A stretch of 64,000 bases of DNA from an uncultured virus (IMG/VR IMGVR_UViG_3300024301_000012) (Duplodnaviria; Heunggongvirae; Uroviricota; Caudoviricetes). The notes beneath the pieces were generated by a model, which saw only the letters and a program-made list of their open reading frames with translations, had not been told where the DNA came from and did no database searches. A program made the position numbers and the translations under genes. Location of the stretch: the IMG/VR virus record IMGVR_UViG_3300024301_000012. One strand, given 5' to 3'. This document shows, piece by piece, positions 44,557 through 56,800 of the stretch (the stretch's first letter is position 1; the number at the start of each line of letters is the position of its first letter).

Positions 44557-46047
44557 ATGTATCCTAATTTTAAGTGGTGGATAGGTGTAGTAGAAGATAG
44601 AGCGGATCCTGCTCAATTGGGCAGATGTAAGGTTCGTATTATTGGTTATCATACCGAAGACTTAGGAGAACTTCCTACTACAGAATTGCCTTGGGCAGTT
44701 CCTATTATGCCGATGACTTCTGCGAGCATTTCTGGAGTAGGCGAAACTCCTGCATATGTTGAAGGAACAACTGTAGTTGGCTTTTTCAGTGACGGAGAAG
44801 ATGAACAAGTTCCAATTATTTTTGGAACATTGCCAGGTAAGCCAAGAAATAAAAGAACAGATTCCAAAAAAGGATTTGCTGATCCACATGGGGTGTATCC
44901 TAGAGAAGGAGAAAGCGGTCTAAATGGTCTACAGGAGCCTGATCTTTCACGACTAGCAAGAAACGCAGTTGCAGAGGGACATCAATCTCTTATTAACAAA
45001 AGAGCTACTCGTCAAGAAGCAATACCAAGAGCCGCTGCTCCTCATATTGAATCCATACAAGACGACAAAGCAGGAGCAGTATACGATAGAGAGATTTGGG
45101 AAGAGCCACATCCTCGCTTTGGCGAAGAGGGATGGCAGTATAATGCGCCAAATCAAGCGCCAAATGTTGATAACAAAACTTCAGCATATCCATACAATAA
45201 AGTAACTGAAACTGAAACCGGTCATGTGTTTGAAGTTGATGACACTCCAAACAACGGTCGCATTCACGAGTATCATAACGCTGGTACTTTCTATGAGATA
45301 CAAGCAGACGGCTCAAAGACTACGAAAGTTGTTGGTGATGAATACGAGATAACACTAAAAGACAAAAAAGTCTACATTAAAGGCACGTGTGATGTAACAA
45401 TCGGCGGCGATGCAAGAATGCTCGTAACTGGTGATATGTATCAAGAAATTGGCGGCAATCTTTTCACTACAGTTGGTGGTGATAGAATAACAAAAGTTGT
45501 CGGCAATGATATGACAGAAGTATTGTCTGGTCAAAGTACGAACGTCTCTCGTAGCAGTTCGTTTAGAACTGGAGGCAATCATACAGACACTATCATTGGA
45601 AATAATACTCAAACTGTAGGCGGGGACAAGTTTACTACGGTAGGTGGAAGTATTTCAGCAATATCTGTTGGCTCTACTAGTCACACTTCTATACTAGGAT
45701 TCAAAATAATGAGTACTACAGGAAGTGTTAGTGCGAGTGCGCCTATAGGAAGTTTTAAAGCAATGTCCTTGAACATGTCTCTAGCAGCCGCAGTCAATCA
45801 AACATTAACTGGCGCAGTTCAGTTAGTAGAAGCTACAGGGTTGCAAACTTTGTCTTCAATTGGCGCACAAGTGTTAAAGTCCACAGCACAGAATACAATC
45901 GCTCCTGCTAGAAGTATTATTGGAAATACTACACATACAGGCAATTACACCGTAGTCGGCGTTGCAAGTGGCACAATCGTGAGACAAGGACCTATTGTTC
46001 TTGGAACACATAAGCATCCTGCTAACATGACTCCACCAGTACCATAG
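44557..46047 (+). CDS. gp5: baseplate central spike gp5 without lysozyme domain
   Basis: OB-fold WWIGVVEDRADP..LGRCKVRIIGYH, LPWA; YPYNKV.ET.TGH.FE.DDTP; beta-helix repeats; C-terminal THKH. Confidence 0.9.
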   Translation: MYPNFKWWIGVVEDRADPAQLGRCKVRIIGYHTEDLGELPTTELPWAVPIMPMTSASISGVGETPAYVEGTTVVGFFSDGEDEQVPIIFGTLPGKPRNKRTDSKKGFADPHGVYPREGESGLNGLQEPDLSRLARNAVAEGHQSLINKRATRQEAIPRAAAPHIESIQDDKAGAVYDREIWEEPHPRFGEEGWQYNAPNQAPNVDNKTSAYPYNKVTETETGHVFEVDDTPNNGRIHEYHNAGTFYEIQADGSKTTKVVGDEYEITLKDKKVYIKGTCDVTIGGDARMLVTGDMYQEIGGNLFTTVGGDRITKVVGNDMTEVLSGQSTNVSRSSSFRTGGNHTDTIIGNNTQTVGGDKFTTVGGSISAISVGSTSHTSILGFKIMSTTGSVSASAPIGSFKAMSLNMSLAAAVNQTLTGAVQLVEATGLQTLSSIGAQVLKSTAQNTIAPARSIIGNTTHTGNYTVVGVASGTIVRQGPIVLGTHKHPANMTPPVP

Positions 46048-46056
46048 GAATAAGAA

Positions 46057-46686
46057 ATGAGTTTATGCGGAGCTACTGAAAAACTAGTAGAGCTTACTCA
46101 GTCTCTAGGAACAACAGATGAAATTATTGACGGTATTGTCGATAAGATTCCCATTCGTCCAGAGATTTCTCAAGCAGTGAAAGACGCTGCGGCTATCATT
46201 GCAATGGCACAAGACACTGCTCAGATTGAGGCTTTAGTTACTTCTAAACTAAAAGAATTTTTACCAGAGATTGAGGTTCCAGAAGAGATAAAAGGTCTTC
46301 AAGCTGACATCGAAGGATTTGCATCAGATATATTAGCAGCCAAACTAGCAGTCGATGATATAAAAAATGAAGTTTATAACTTGAAAACAAAATACGATGG
46401 ACTAGATTTAGGCGATGTTGCTATTGATGATATACCCAACTTATTGAAACAAGGGGCTTTAGATTTAGATAATCTCTGTAAGAAGATTCCAAATTTTGAA
46501 GAAGATGGAGCAGGATTTGTTTTGAAAGGAACACCTATAACTACTCCTAAGAAGAGTGCAATTGCTGATCTATTGGGTATACAAATACCAGAAATTAAAG
46601 ATTTTGTATACGATATACGAGAAGTTAAGCAGGCAAAAGAAAAATCATTTATAAACGTAGATTTACCAGATTCTATCGGACTATAA
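46057..46686 (+). CDS. hypothetical protein
   Basis: 209-aa ORF between gp5 and gp25. Confidence 0.7.
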   Translation: MSLCGATEKLVELTQSLGTTDEIIDGIVDKIPIRPEISQAVKDAAAIIAMAQDTAQIEALVTSKLKEFLPEIEVPEEIKGLQADIEGFASDILAAKLAVDDIKNEVYNLKTKYDGLDLGDVAIDDIPNLLKQGALDLDNLCKKIPNFEEDGAGFVLKGTPITTPKKSAIADLLGIQIPEIKDFVYDIREVKQAKEKSFINVDLPDSIGL

Positions 46687-46696
46687 CAAAACGAGT

Positions 46697-46704
46697 TATA
46701 AATA
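46697..46704 (+). promoter_or_regulatory. T4-type late promoter
   Basis: TATAAATA just upstream of gp25. Confidence 0.75.
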
Positions 46705-46709
46705 CTAAG

Positions 46710-47114
46710 ATGGCAAACGACACTCTTAAAATATCTAGACTTTACAAAGATTTGGATTTAGCATTCACTGCAAATCCATTGACAGGTGATGTCTCTAAAA
46801 AATTAGATGTAAACGCAGTAAAACAATCAATAAAGATATTGATGCTTACTAACTTTTATGAGCGTCCTTTTGCTCCTCAGAAAGGAGCAAATTTAAGAGG
46901 ACTATTATTTGAGCCAATGAGTTCAAATTTTGCAAGCATCATTCAGAGAACTATATTAGATTTGATTACTTCTTATGAGCCTAGGGCAAGAGTTGAAACT
47001 ATAGTAGTAAGCCCTAATTTTGATACTAATTCATATGAAGTTACGTTGACATTCTTTATTGTGGGTATTGCTAGACCTCAGACACTTACGGCCAACTTAA
47101 AAAGATTAAGGTAG
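46710..47114 (+). CDS. gp25: baseplate wedge subunit gp25
   Basis: YKDLDLAF..NP.TGDV, AVKQSI, ERPF.P, LLFEP, YEPR. Confidence 0.95.
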   Translation: MANDTLKISRLYKDLDLAFTANPLTGDVSKKLDVNAVKQSIKILMLTNFYERPFAPQKGANLRGLLFEPMSSNFASIIQRTILDLITSYEPRARVETIVVSPNFDTNSYEVTLTFFIVGIARPQTLTANLKRLR

Positions 47115-47118
47115 AACA

Positions 47119-49032
47119 ATGGCACAACTTAATGTATCCGAATTAGATTTCGATCAAATCAAACAATCTCTAAAAACCTTCATGCAAGCGCAAGATGAGT
47201 TCAGAGATTATGACTTTGAAGGTTCTGCGTTGTCTGTCTTGCTGGATACTCTAGCATACAATACACACTATAATGCAGTACTTGCTCACATGCTTGCTAA
47301 TGAATCCTTTTTAGACTCTGCTATTAAAAGAAACTCTGTGGTTTCTATTGCTAAGTCTTTGGGTTACACACCAAGATCAACAAGAGCAGCCACAGCATTT
47401 GTAGATTTTTCTGTTGTCCCTTCTTCTTCATATACTGAGTCTACTCTTACTCTTTCAAGAAACACTATATTTTCTTCACAGAGCGGTGGAACAAGTTTTG
47501 AATTTTACCCAGAATCAGATGTCACTACCACAATCCAGACTATTGATGGCGTAGAAAAATTTGTTTTTAATAATCTAGCGATTAAAGAAGGCACAAGAGT
47601 TTCAAATAGATTTTTCATAGATTCAAATACTGTATCTGGTCCTCTTACTATACCAAATGATGGAGTGGACACTTCTACACTACGAGTTAGAGTTCAAGCA
47701 TCTAACTCTGATCTAACTCTAGAGACTTATCAATTATCTACTGGAGTTTTAGATTTAAAAACTACTACCAGTGCGTATTTTCTAGAAGAAGGACATGACG
47801 GCAAATACATCATAAGATTTGGTGACGGAGTATTTGGCAAAAAACTAGAAACTGGAAACATTGTAATTATAGATTATCTCGTAACTTCTGGCGCAGAAGC
47901 AAATGGTGCGAGAGGCTTTCAAGTTGGAGCAACACTCACAAATGGAACTGACGAAGTTAAAAGTTTTGACACAGCAAACACTGTCAAGGCATCAGGCGGC
48001 GCAGCTAGAGAAAGTATTGATAGCATAAGAAAGACTGCTCCTATCTATAATCAAGTTCGAGAAAGAGCAGTATCAGCATCAGACTATAGAAGTCTTATTC
48101 TTGCCGACAATCCTAGTGTCCAATCATGTTCTGTTTGGGGAGGAGAAAATAACGATCCTCCTATATACGGAAAAGTTTTCATCTCGTTAGATCCTGTAGA
48201 AGGACAAATAATAACAGACGAAGTGAAAGACAGAATCATAAACACTTTGATTTCTCCACGAGCACCGGTTGCTATATTGCCAGAATTTGTTGATCCTGAG
48301 TACACTTACATAGGACTCAGGGTTGGTATCGTTTATGACTCTTCAAGAACATCGTTGACTTCAGGACAGATATCACAAGCGGCCAGTACCGCAATTACAA
48401 ATTACTTTAGTACTGATCTCAATCAACTAAACAAAAACTTTTATTATTCTACTGTACACAATGCCGTAAAATCTGTATCAAATTCTATAGTATCTGTGAA
48501 CATAACTCCAACTTTGCAGAAAAGAATTACTGCATTGACAGGATTAAACAGCAACTATAATTTTACTTTTAATAGTAGAATTCAACCTAGAGAATTGCAT
48601 AGTAACTGGGCAAATATTAGTGTAACTGGAACTACATATAAAGTTAAATTCCAAGATACTCCTAATACAGGGGTTGTTCCTCCTGCTTATAATGGAACAG
48701 GCATTGTTTCTATTGTGGATACTAGTGGAACTAAAATTGCAAATGTAGGCACTATAGATTATAGCACTGGTGCAATATCTTTGAATGGTGTAACAGTAGT
48801 TTCTCTATACGGCAATGATACTGAATTAAAATTCAGAACAAGACCGCATGATGATTCAAAGGATATTGTTACTAGCACTCTAACAAGACAGTCTGATATA
48901 TCGACTGCGGCAGTTGTTGCAAAGCCTGCTAAAAATACAATACTTACACTAGATGACAGCGTTGTTAATTCTGTTACTGGATCTAGAAAAGGCTTAGAAA
49001 TAGTAGTATCTACAGAAGTCGAAGGCTATTAA
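47119..49032 (+). CDS. gp6: baseplate wedge subunit gp6
   Basis: [62 protein letters not shown]. Confidence 0.95.
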   Translation: MAQLNVSELDFDQIKQSLKTFMQAQDEFRDYDFEGSALSVLLDTLAYNTHYNAVLAHMLANESFLDSAIKRNSVVSIAKSLGYTPRSTRAATAFVDFSVVPSSSYTESTLTLSRNTIFSSQSGGTSFEFYPESDVTTTIQTIDGVEKFVFNNLAIKEGTRVSNRFFIDSNTVSGPLTIPNDGVDTSTLRVRVQASNSDLTLETYQLSTGVLDLKTTTSAYFLEEGHDGKYIIRFGDGVFGKKLETGNIVIIDYLVTSGAEANGARGFQVGATLTNGTDEVKSFDTANTVKASGGAARESIDSIRKTAPIYNQVRERAVSASDYRSLILADNPSVQSCSVWGGENNDPPIYGKVFISLDPVEGQIITDEVKDRIINTLISPRAPVAILPEFVDPEYTYIGLRVGIVYDSSRTSLTSGQISQAASTAITNYFSTDLNQLNKNFYYSTVHNAVKSVSNSIVSVNITPTLQKRITALTGLNSNYNFTFNSRIQPRELHSNWANISVTGTTYKVKFQDTPNTGVVPPAYNGTGIVSIVDTSGTKIANVGTIDYSTGAISLNGVTVVSLYGNDTELKFRTRPHDDSKDIVTSTLTRQSDISTAAVVAKPAKNTILTLDDSVVNSVTGSRKGLEIVVSTEVEGY

Positions 49033-51677
49033 TGTCACATCAAATACCAGAGTTTTTAAAGTATGTTTCTAGCATCACTATTGAAAATGGTGGTTCTGGA
49101 TACAGCGCAGAGTCAGCAACTCTTCCTACTATAACAATATCAGGAGGAGGAGGAACTGGTGCAACTGCAACAGCAAGTGTTCTTGGTGGTGTAATAACTA
49201 CAGTAAACGTAACAAATATAGGCAGTGGCTATACTAGTGCTCCCACGGTAACTGTAACAGATTCAACTGGTGGAACTGGTGCGGTTTTAACTGCTGTGCT
49301 TGGTTTTGCAACTGGCACTCCTACTGAATACGAAGAACAAAGCTCTATAGGGGTCAAGTACACTGTTCCTGAATTTATACGTGATGATTATACTCGATTT
49401 ATTACTTTCATTGAAAAGTATTATGAGTATATGGATTCTGATGGAAATCCTGCCAATCTTCTTTTGAATAAAAACTATTCAGATATAGACGATATTAATG
49501 ACGAAGAACTTAACAAAAGAGCATTAGAACTTGCTAAAGAGTTTCCTCAACTACTGCAAGCAGACAGAAAAACTTTACTCAAAAAAATAAAGAACATATA
49601 CGAATCTAAAGGTTCTGTTAGATCGATTAAAGCATATTTTAAGCTAATTTATGATGAAGAAGTTGATGTATATTTTCCAAGTAAAAACATACTTAGGGCT
49701 TCTGACGGTATATGGATACAAGATAACTTCGTATATGCGACTGCCGGTTATGATAATTTCGATGTACAAAATTTAAATGGAACTATTGCAGATTTAATAT
49801 ATTATGAAACAATTGGATCTGTTACTATTCCTAGAACTGTTCCCATAACTATTCCTAAAGTTTCTAAAATAGCATATACTTCTCCTCAAGTATATCAGAT
49901 TCAGATAAAATTACCAGAAGGAATTACTTCTATTCCTGGTCCAGGTGCTGGAGCAGCGGCAAAAGCTACCGTATCTGGTGGAACTGTAACAAATATTGAA
50001 TTGACTGATGGTGGTTTACAGTACACAGCAGCACCTACTATAGTGCTGTCTGGCGCAGGTTCTGGCATAGACTTTTCAGCTAGAGCGGTTGTGTCGGATG
50101 GAGTTGTCACTTCAATCATTAAAAATGATGGAGGAACTGGATATACTGATGGTGAGTATGATCTTTCTTTTGATACCTCTAATGTAAGAACATTTATTCT
50201 TGAGAGAGGAGCAACTGCGGAAGAAGAAAATATAAGAGCTTATTTAGACAGATGTATTTCTTCTGTTTCTGCTTCTGAATATCCTATTATTATTCCTGCC
50301 AAGAATATTGTTGTTGGCAGAGAATACAAAATTGTTCTTACAGGCGATACAGATTACACTTTGCTAGGAGCAGCAGATAACAACGTAGGAACAATTTTTG
50401 AAGCGACGGCAACAATCGATGCCGAGGACTACAATAGCGGCCTTGTGATTCGAATAGGAGATCTTAATGCAGGATTCTCCGTTGGTCAAATTTATACAGT
50501 CAATGAACCGGGCGGAAACAATAACGGCATCATAAGAATACAAAATATTGATACTAGAAATGCTCCTACTTCGTTTTCAATTATAAATCCAGGTAGAAGA
50601 TTTACTGAGGCTGAATTTAACATTGGTATAGGTTCTAGTATACGGGAAGCTGTACGTCTTACAATAACTACTGGATATCTTTTTGTTGAAGAAGGAAAAT
50701 TTAAAGACGATAGAGGAAAATTATCTGACGCCAATAAAATACAAGATAACTACAGATATCAGAGCTATTCTTATATAATTAAATCAACTATGCCTGAAAG
50801 TAGTTGGAAGAAGCGATTCAAAGAAATAATGCATCCAGCAGGCATGGAAGTATTTGGCGATCTAATTATTAAAAATAATGTTGGCTTTGCTCCGTTCTTT
50901 ACAATAGAAACTGAAGGATTACATCTACACGAATTTAAGACTGAAGATATTGTTACTTCGCCAGATGTTGTTACGATTGTTGTTGAATGGTTTAGAGACT
51001 TTAATGATGTCGCATCAACTACTCATGCAGAAGTATTTGATTTTGACAAAAATCATTCAGATGTAGCGACAACACTTGATGAGTATGCAGATGATTTATA
51101 TGTAGAATCAGACTATCTACCTTTTGCATATCATGGTCCTGGAGTATTTAAGACAATAAACAAAGTACTAGAATCACAAGCATCTGTAATAGAATCTTTT
51201 GAAAAAGAAATTTCTTTCTTGCGAGCATTTGCAGAAAGTTTATCTACGTCTGATTATTTTGCGATTGGCGTAGAATTGCCAGTTACTGATATTTTATCTA
51301 CATCTGAACTATTCGAGTATCTGTATGTCTTTGGTTTGCCCGTGTTTGAAACAGTGGGAGCATCTGACGACTACGATAGTTCCCTATATGTAGAAACGGG
51401 GTATTTGCCTGGTTTCTATCATGGACCAGGAGTATTCAAAACTTTAGAGAAATCAATCTCTAATATTCTTACAGCCTCTTCTGTTTCTGTTATAAATACA
51501 ACTAAGCCTCTGACTGATTCTTCAAGTGTTTCTGAAGCAGTTAGTAAATTATCTACAACTTCACAATCTGATTCTGCTACAACTTCAGACAGTGGAACAA
51601 TAACCGGGCCGCAAAATTATGCCCCAACATACTTCGCTGAAGATTATGTTACAGGCATTACTTTAGGCACATTCTAA
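49032..51677 (+). CDS. gp7: baseplate wedge initiator gp7-like
   Basis: [53 protein letters not shown]; synteny. Confidence 0.8.
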   Translation: MSHQIPEFLKYVSSITIENGGSGYSAESATLPTITISGGGGTGATATASVLGGVITTVNVTNIGSGYTSAPTVTVTDSTGGTGAVLTAVLGFATGTPTEYEEQSSIGVKYTVPEFIRDDYTRFITFIEKYYEYMDSDGNPANLLLNKNYSDIDDINDEELNKRALELAKEFPQLLQADRKTLLKKIKNIYESKGSVRSIKAYFKLIYDEEVDVYFPSKNILRASDGIWIQDNFVYATAGYDNFDVQNLNGTIADLIYYETIGSVTIPRTVPITIPKVSKIAYTSPQVYQIQIKLPEGITSIPGPGAGAAAKATVSGGTVTNIELTDGGLQYTAAPTIVLSGAGSGIDFSARAVVSDGVVTSIIKNDGGTGYTDGEYDLSFDTSNVRTFILERGATAEEENIRAYLDRCISSVSASEYPIIIPAKNIVVGREYKIVLTGDTDYTLLGAADNNVGTIFEATATIDAEDYNSGLVIRIGDLNAGFSVGQIYTVNEPGGNNNGIIRIQNIDTRNAPTSFSIINPGRRFTEAEFNIGIGSSIREAVRLTITTGYLFVEEGKFKDDRGKLSDANKIQDNYRYQSYSYIIKSTMPESSWKKRFKEIMHPAGMEVFGDLIIKNNVGFAPFFTIETEGLHLHEFKTEDIVTSPDVVTIVVEWFRDFNDVASTTHAEVFDFDKNHSDVATTLDEYADDLYVESDYLPFAYHGPGVFKTINKVLESQASVIESFEKEISFLRAFAESLSTSDYFAIGVELPVTDILSTSELFEYLYVFGLPVFETVGASDDYDSSLYVETGYLPGFYHGPGVFKTLEKSISNILTASSVSVINTTKPLTDSSSVSEAVSKLSTTSQSDSATTSDSGTITGPQNYAPTYFAEDYVTGITLGTF
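51491..51498 (+). promoter_or_regulatory. T4-type late promoter (intragenic)
   Basis: TATAAATA near the 3' end of gp7. Confidence 0.55.
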
Positions 51678-51680
51678 TAT

Positions 51681-52136
51681 TTGGAGACAAAAATGCTCAA
51701 ATCTGAAAGAACAAAAGCTACAGGTAAAGTAAACATTGTAGTTAGAGATAAAAACGGTAAAGTCAAAGAAGATTTTACTGTACCAAATCTAGTAGTAGAC
51801 ACTGGTCTAGCTTTCATTGCTTCACGCATGGAAGACGCATCTTCCGGTGTAATGTCACACATGGCAGTTGGTACTGATACCACAGCAGCCGCCAGCACCG
51901 ATACTGCTCTTGGCACTGAACTTGCTAGAGTTGTTTTGGACGGTGGAGCAGCTAATGGTGCTAACATGGTTTATACAGCGGAATTTGAACCAGGAACAGG
52001 AACTGGTTCATTGACAGAAGCAGGAATCTTCAATGACGAGTCTGGAGGTACTATGCTTTGTAGGACAGTTTTTGCTGTAATCAACAAAGGGGCAGCAGAT
52101 ACAATGACGGTCACTTGGACCATTACCATCTCTTAA
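51681..52136 (+). CDS. putative virion structural protein
   Basis: NLVVDTG, MSHMAVGT, DTALGTE, TEAGIFN, MLCRTVF.VINK; start may be 51693. Confidence 0.7.
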   Translation: METKMLKSERTKATGKVNIVVRDKNGKVKEDFTVPNLVVDTGLAFIASRMEDASSGVMSHMAVGTDTTAAASTDTALGTELARVVLDGGAANGANMVYTAEFEPGTGTGSLTEAGIFNDESGGTMLCRTVFAVINKGAADTMTVTWTITIS

Positions 52137-52148
52137 TAGGTAAAAATA

Positions 52149-53888
52149 GTGGCTATCTTATTGACTAGACTGGCTAGGGTTGAACTAGCGAGATCATTTG
52201 TTCGAGAAGTAAAAAACGTAATAGACTCTGATACTAATAAGTTATACGACTATTACAATTTTGCGCTTGCAAGAACAACCGCATGGACAGACGAAGAGAG
52301 TCCAGAAACTGCGTATGATTCTCAAAAATACATTAACCAGTTTAGAAATAATATTCTCTTTACTCAAAAAGTAAATCCTTCTGATGTTTGCAATTTAATC
52401 AGAAGAGAGGACTGGGCGTCTGGTACCATCTACGATGCGTATGATGACGATTATTCTGAAAATAATCCAGCGCCTTCAGGAGCTACTACTTTAACAGATG
52501 CTAAATTTTACGTATACACTACTTCTACAAACAGGGTATACAAATGTATTGATAATAGAAATGCAGCAGGAATAGTTATAAAAAGTACAGATGAACCTAA
52601 TCTTACTATTACAGATATCTTTCAGACTGACGAAGGATATAAATGGAAGTTTATGTATGAGGTTTCAGAAGCCGATCAGAATAAGTTTTTAGATACGCAA
52701 TATATTCCTGTTAGAAAACTCACCACAGATAGTCCAGCATATGGAACTCTTGTTGGTGAAGTAAAATCTATTACTGTAACCAATGGCGGCGCAGGTTATA
52801 CTTCTGCTCCAACTGTATACATACAAGGTGATGGAACAGGAGCTAGGGCGAGTGCAACAATTAATGAAAGCGGCGAAGTTGTCTCAGTTGATATAGACAG
52901 TGAAAATGGCGAAACATTCGAAGGATTAGGCTACACTTTTGCATTTATTCAATTTGAAGGCGGCGGAGACGAAGAAGATGAAAACTTCAGAGTCGCTGAG
53001 GCAATTGTTACTCTCGGTGATGCTGATCCAGAAAATACTGTATTACAAAAAGCAGTAGAAGACGCTGCCATCGAAGGAACAATAGAAAGAATACTTATTG
53101 AAGATGGCGGAAGAGATTATGTTGCCGGAGATACTTTTGTTAAGATAACTGGAGATAGTGTATTGTCAACAGATCAAGCAACAGCTACTGTTACGATAGC
53201 AGAAGGCACTGGAACTATTACTGCAATAAAAGTAGATGATGTTGGTGCAAATTATAATTACGCAGATATAACTTTTGTTGATTCGAATGGAGATGAAATT
53301 CATACCGCTGAAGATGATTTGTCTAAAAAGGCAACAGCGAGAGCAATCATTTCTCCTATACACGGACATGGTAGTAATCCAGTACGAGAACTCTTCAGCA
53401 CAACAGTAGGAATAGTCTCTTCGTTATCAGATAACACAAATAGAGATTTGATGGTAGATAATGATTTTAGACAAATAGGCTTAATGAAAAATATTTATGA
53501 TTATGACGAGCAAAACATATGGAGAGAAGCAACCGGTACCACATGTTTTATAGCTAACGTAAGCAGTTCTGATAATTATGCAATTGATGACATAATAGTT
53601 ACTGACGAAGGTGATGCAGATGAAGGACGATTTAGAGTTATACAGATAGTAGAGTCAACTGCAACAGAGGGAACTTTTGACATACACTTGCAATCGATAA
53701 TACCAAATATAAAAAACGCAAGCGTGTTAAAAAACGTCACACAAGACATTTCCTCACTGACTATAAATAGTGTTAAAGATCCAGAAATAAGCACTGCTTA
53801 TGGAGAAGTTATTTACATTGAGAATAGAACATCTATAGCTAGATCAACAGATCAAGTAGAAACAATAAAAGCAATAGTACAATTTTAG
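52149..53888 (+). CDS. gp8: baseplate wedge subunit gp8
   Basis: RREDWASGTIYDAY, VYKCIDN, GYKWKFMY, GHGSNP..EL, NDFRQIGL, YIENR..I.R..DQ.E.IK. Confidence 0.88.
   Translation: MAILLTRLARVELARSFVREVKNVIDSDTNKLYDYYNFALARTTAWTDEESPETAYDSQKYINQFRNNILFTQKVNPSDVCNLIRREDWASGTIYDAYDDDYSENNPAPSGATTLTDAKFYVYTTSTNRVYKCIDNRNAAGIVIKSTDEPNLTITDIFQTDEGYKWKFMYEVSEADQNKFLDTQYIPVRKLTTDSPAYGTLVGEVKSITVTNGGAGYTSAPTVYIQGDGTGARASATINESGEVVSVDIDSENGETFEGLGYTFAFIQFEGGGDEEDENFRVAEAIVTLGDADPENTVLQKAVEDAAIEGTIERILIEDGGRDYVAGDTFVKITGDSVLSTDQATATVTIAEGTGTITAIKVDDVGANYNYADITFVDSNGDEIHTAEDDLSKKATARAIISPIHGHGSNPVRELFSTTVGIVSSLSDNTNRDLMVDNDFRQIGLMKNIYDYDEQNIWREATGTTCFIANVSSSDNYAIDDIIVTDEGDADEGRFRVIQIVESTATEGTFDIHLQSIIPNIKNASVLKNVTQDISSLTINSVKDPEISTAYGEVIYIENRTSIARSTDQVETIKAIVQF
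53762..53769 (+). promoter_or_regulatory. T4-type late promoter (intragenic)
   Basis: TATAAATA near the 3' end of gp8, upstream of the VrlC-like gene. Confidence 0.6.
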
Positions 53889-53897
53889 GAAAAAATA

Positions 53898-56800
53898 ATG
53901 GCCCTTAATTTAAATTCTTCACCTTATTACGATGATTTTGATCCTCAAAAGAATTACCATCGGGTACTTTTTAAGCCGGGGGTTGCTGTTCAAGCTAGAG
54001 AATTGACTCAGCTTCAAACAGTTCTTTCCGATCAATTATCACAATTAGGTAGTTTTAATCTTAAAGAAGGTGCAGTCATTAGTGGCTGTGAGCAAAAAAT
54101 TGAAAACTTTAAGTTCGTTAAAATCCTCGATGAGGATGCTAATGAAGATCCTATTGCTAATGCCGATCTCGCTTCTTATGATGGTGCAATTCTAGTCGGA
54201 GCAACTACTGGACTAAGGGCAAGAATTATTACACACAAGACTGGACAAATCACAGTCAGCGATTCAATTAATACAAAAGCATTATATATTGTTTACATAG
54301 ATGAGAATGGCCAAAACGCAGACTTAACAACTAATCAATATCAAAGATTCCAACAAGGAGAAACATTAACAGTAGAGTCTGTAAACACGGAAATAAAAGG
54401 ACACACTTTTGTTACTCAAACTACTGAGGGGGGAACTTTTGGTAAGAGAGACTTTTATGCAGGCATAGCTCCTCATTTAACTATGTCTCCTGGCATAATT
54501 TATGCTCTTGGCAATTTTATTCGAACTAAAAATCTCTCTGTTTTTATTGATAGCTTTAGTCCTTATACAGATAAAAAGATAGGATTCTTAGTAAATCAAT
54601 CTATCAAACAAGCGTCTGTTGATGGTACTCTATACGACAACGCTAGAGGAACTTTTAATGAGGGAGCTCCTGGTGCAGATAGATTGCAAAATACTGTATC
54701 ATTAATATCTTATAACAGAGATTCTTCACCAGCAGATAACTATTTCCAGATTGCAACATTCTCTAACGGAAAAATTACAAGAGCAGATATACAAACAGAT
54801 CCTTTAGGCGGAATTAGAGAAATTCTGGCTAGAGAAACATTTGATAGACACGGTAATTATGTTTCAAAAGGATTGCAGGTTTATTTTACAGAGCATTTGC
54901 GATCTTATCGTGGAAAAAACAACGGAAGATTTACGCCAAATGGTATAGGTGATGCTACTAAACTTATTCTAGGTGTTACTGCTGGCTCAGGAAATGTTGC
55001 TGGATATCCTGTAGAGTATTTGAAAGAAACTGAATTTTCTTTTCCTAAACCAAGTGCTACTCAAATAGAAAATACTGTTTCTCAATCTACTTCGTTTGGT
55101 AACTATGTAATTGTCAATGATTTATGTGGCGCATGGGACACGGATGGCGCAGATACAAGTGCTAATGGTATTGTAAACCTACACAGCGTTGTATCTAATG
55201 GAGTTTCAGGCGGTGCGTATTCTAACACTTCTGTGCCAGGAAACATAGTAGGCACTGCAAAAATTAGATACATTGAATTATCGTCTGGTACACCTGGAAC
55301 TGCAACCGCTGAATTCAAACTGTATTTGTTTGATATAAAAATGTTTGATGGAGAATTTGGTGCAGTAAGATCGATCTCTTATGAGAATGCCGAAGCAAAC
55401 GCCTTTGCAGACATCGTACTCAACTCAGCAGGCGATGCACAAGTATATGAAAAGAATTCAAATAAATTTCTTTGGAATTTACCATATAAACATTTAAAAA
55501 CTTTACAAGCCTCTACTGCTGGAGTTTTTGATTATAATTTTAAATTTATTAAAGAATATGATAAAATTGCACCTTCTGACGGTAATATAAATCTTGCAGC
55601 AGAAGGAGATCATACTTTCTTTTTTGGTAATGGCCCAGTATCGAATTCCGATGTCGCTAGTCATATTAAATTAGTAGCAAGAGAATCTTTTGAACTAGAC
55701 GGCACTGTGATTGAAAAAGGAGAATTTATTGATCTCACTGGTAAAGTAGTACAAGGCGAAATTAACTCTTTGACTATTAATTTAGGTAGTTTGAACGATA
55801 TAGGAGGAGCTCCTTTTGCGGTTAGAGTCTATGTCAATATGCAAGTTTCTAACGATGGTCCTATCACTAAGAGCCTAGAGAAAACAAAATATGTCAAAAT
55901 AGAAGCAGATACAAATGAAAACTTTGCTAATAATAGATTCTGTCTCGGTGTGCCTGACGTATTCAGAGTAACAAGAATTACAGCCACATCAAACGCAGAT
56001 TATACTACTGGTGCTAGAAATGTCTCAACCTTGTTTAATGTAGACTCTGGTCAAAGGGATAATTTTTATGGATTATCTTATATCGAAAAGAAAACTAGCA
56101 GCGCAATAGACCTTACTGTTGAAAAATATCTTACAGTAGAATTTGATTACTTTGATAATGGCACAATTGACGGGCCAACTTTTGCTTGTATAGATTCATA
56201 TCCTGTCGATGATACTGGTTTAACTGGAATTAGAACAGAAGAAATTCCTATATATGTGTCTAAGTCATCTGGTAAAGTATTTGATTTAAGAAATGCTATT
56301 GATTTTAGACCTTTCATGGAGGCAACAGAAACGCCTGGCTCAACAGAGGCAACAGCTCCTGTCAATCCAAGTTCTTTTGAACAAATTAAACGTCCCCCCG
56401 GAGGACTTACTAATCCTATTCCTTCGGCTACATTTACAACAGATTTAGAATTTTATTTAGCTGAAGCATATAGAGTAGTTATTACTCCTTCTGGTAAAAT
56501 AGATATAGTTAAAGGTGTTGCTTCGGTTTCACCTAAACTTCCTCCTCCTCCTGAAGGATCGATGACTCTAGCCACTGGAGTATTGCCACCGTATCCGTGT
56601 CTTTCGCAAAGAGCTGCAACAAATTATGGCCGAGAAGATTTGGCCATGACAATTGTTCCTGTAAAGAACAAAAAGTATACAATGAGGGATATAGGTGCTC
56701 TTGAACAAAGAATATCAAATCTGGAATACTATACTACACTTACTTTGTTAGAAAAGGAAGCAGGAAAAGTAGTCATCCCTGACTCTGACGGTATAGACAG

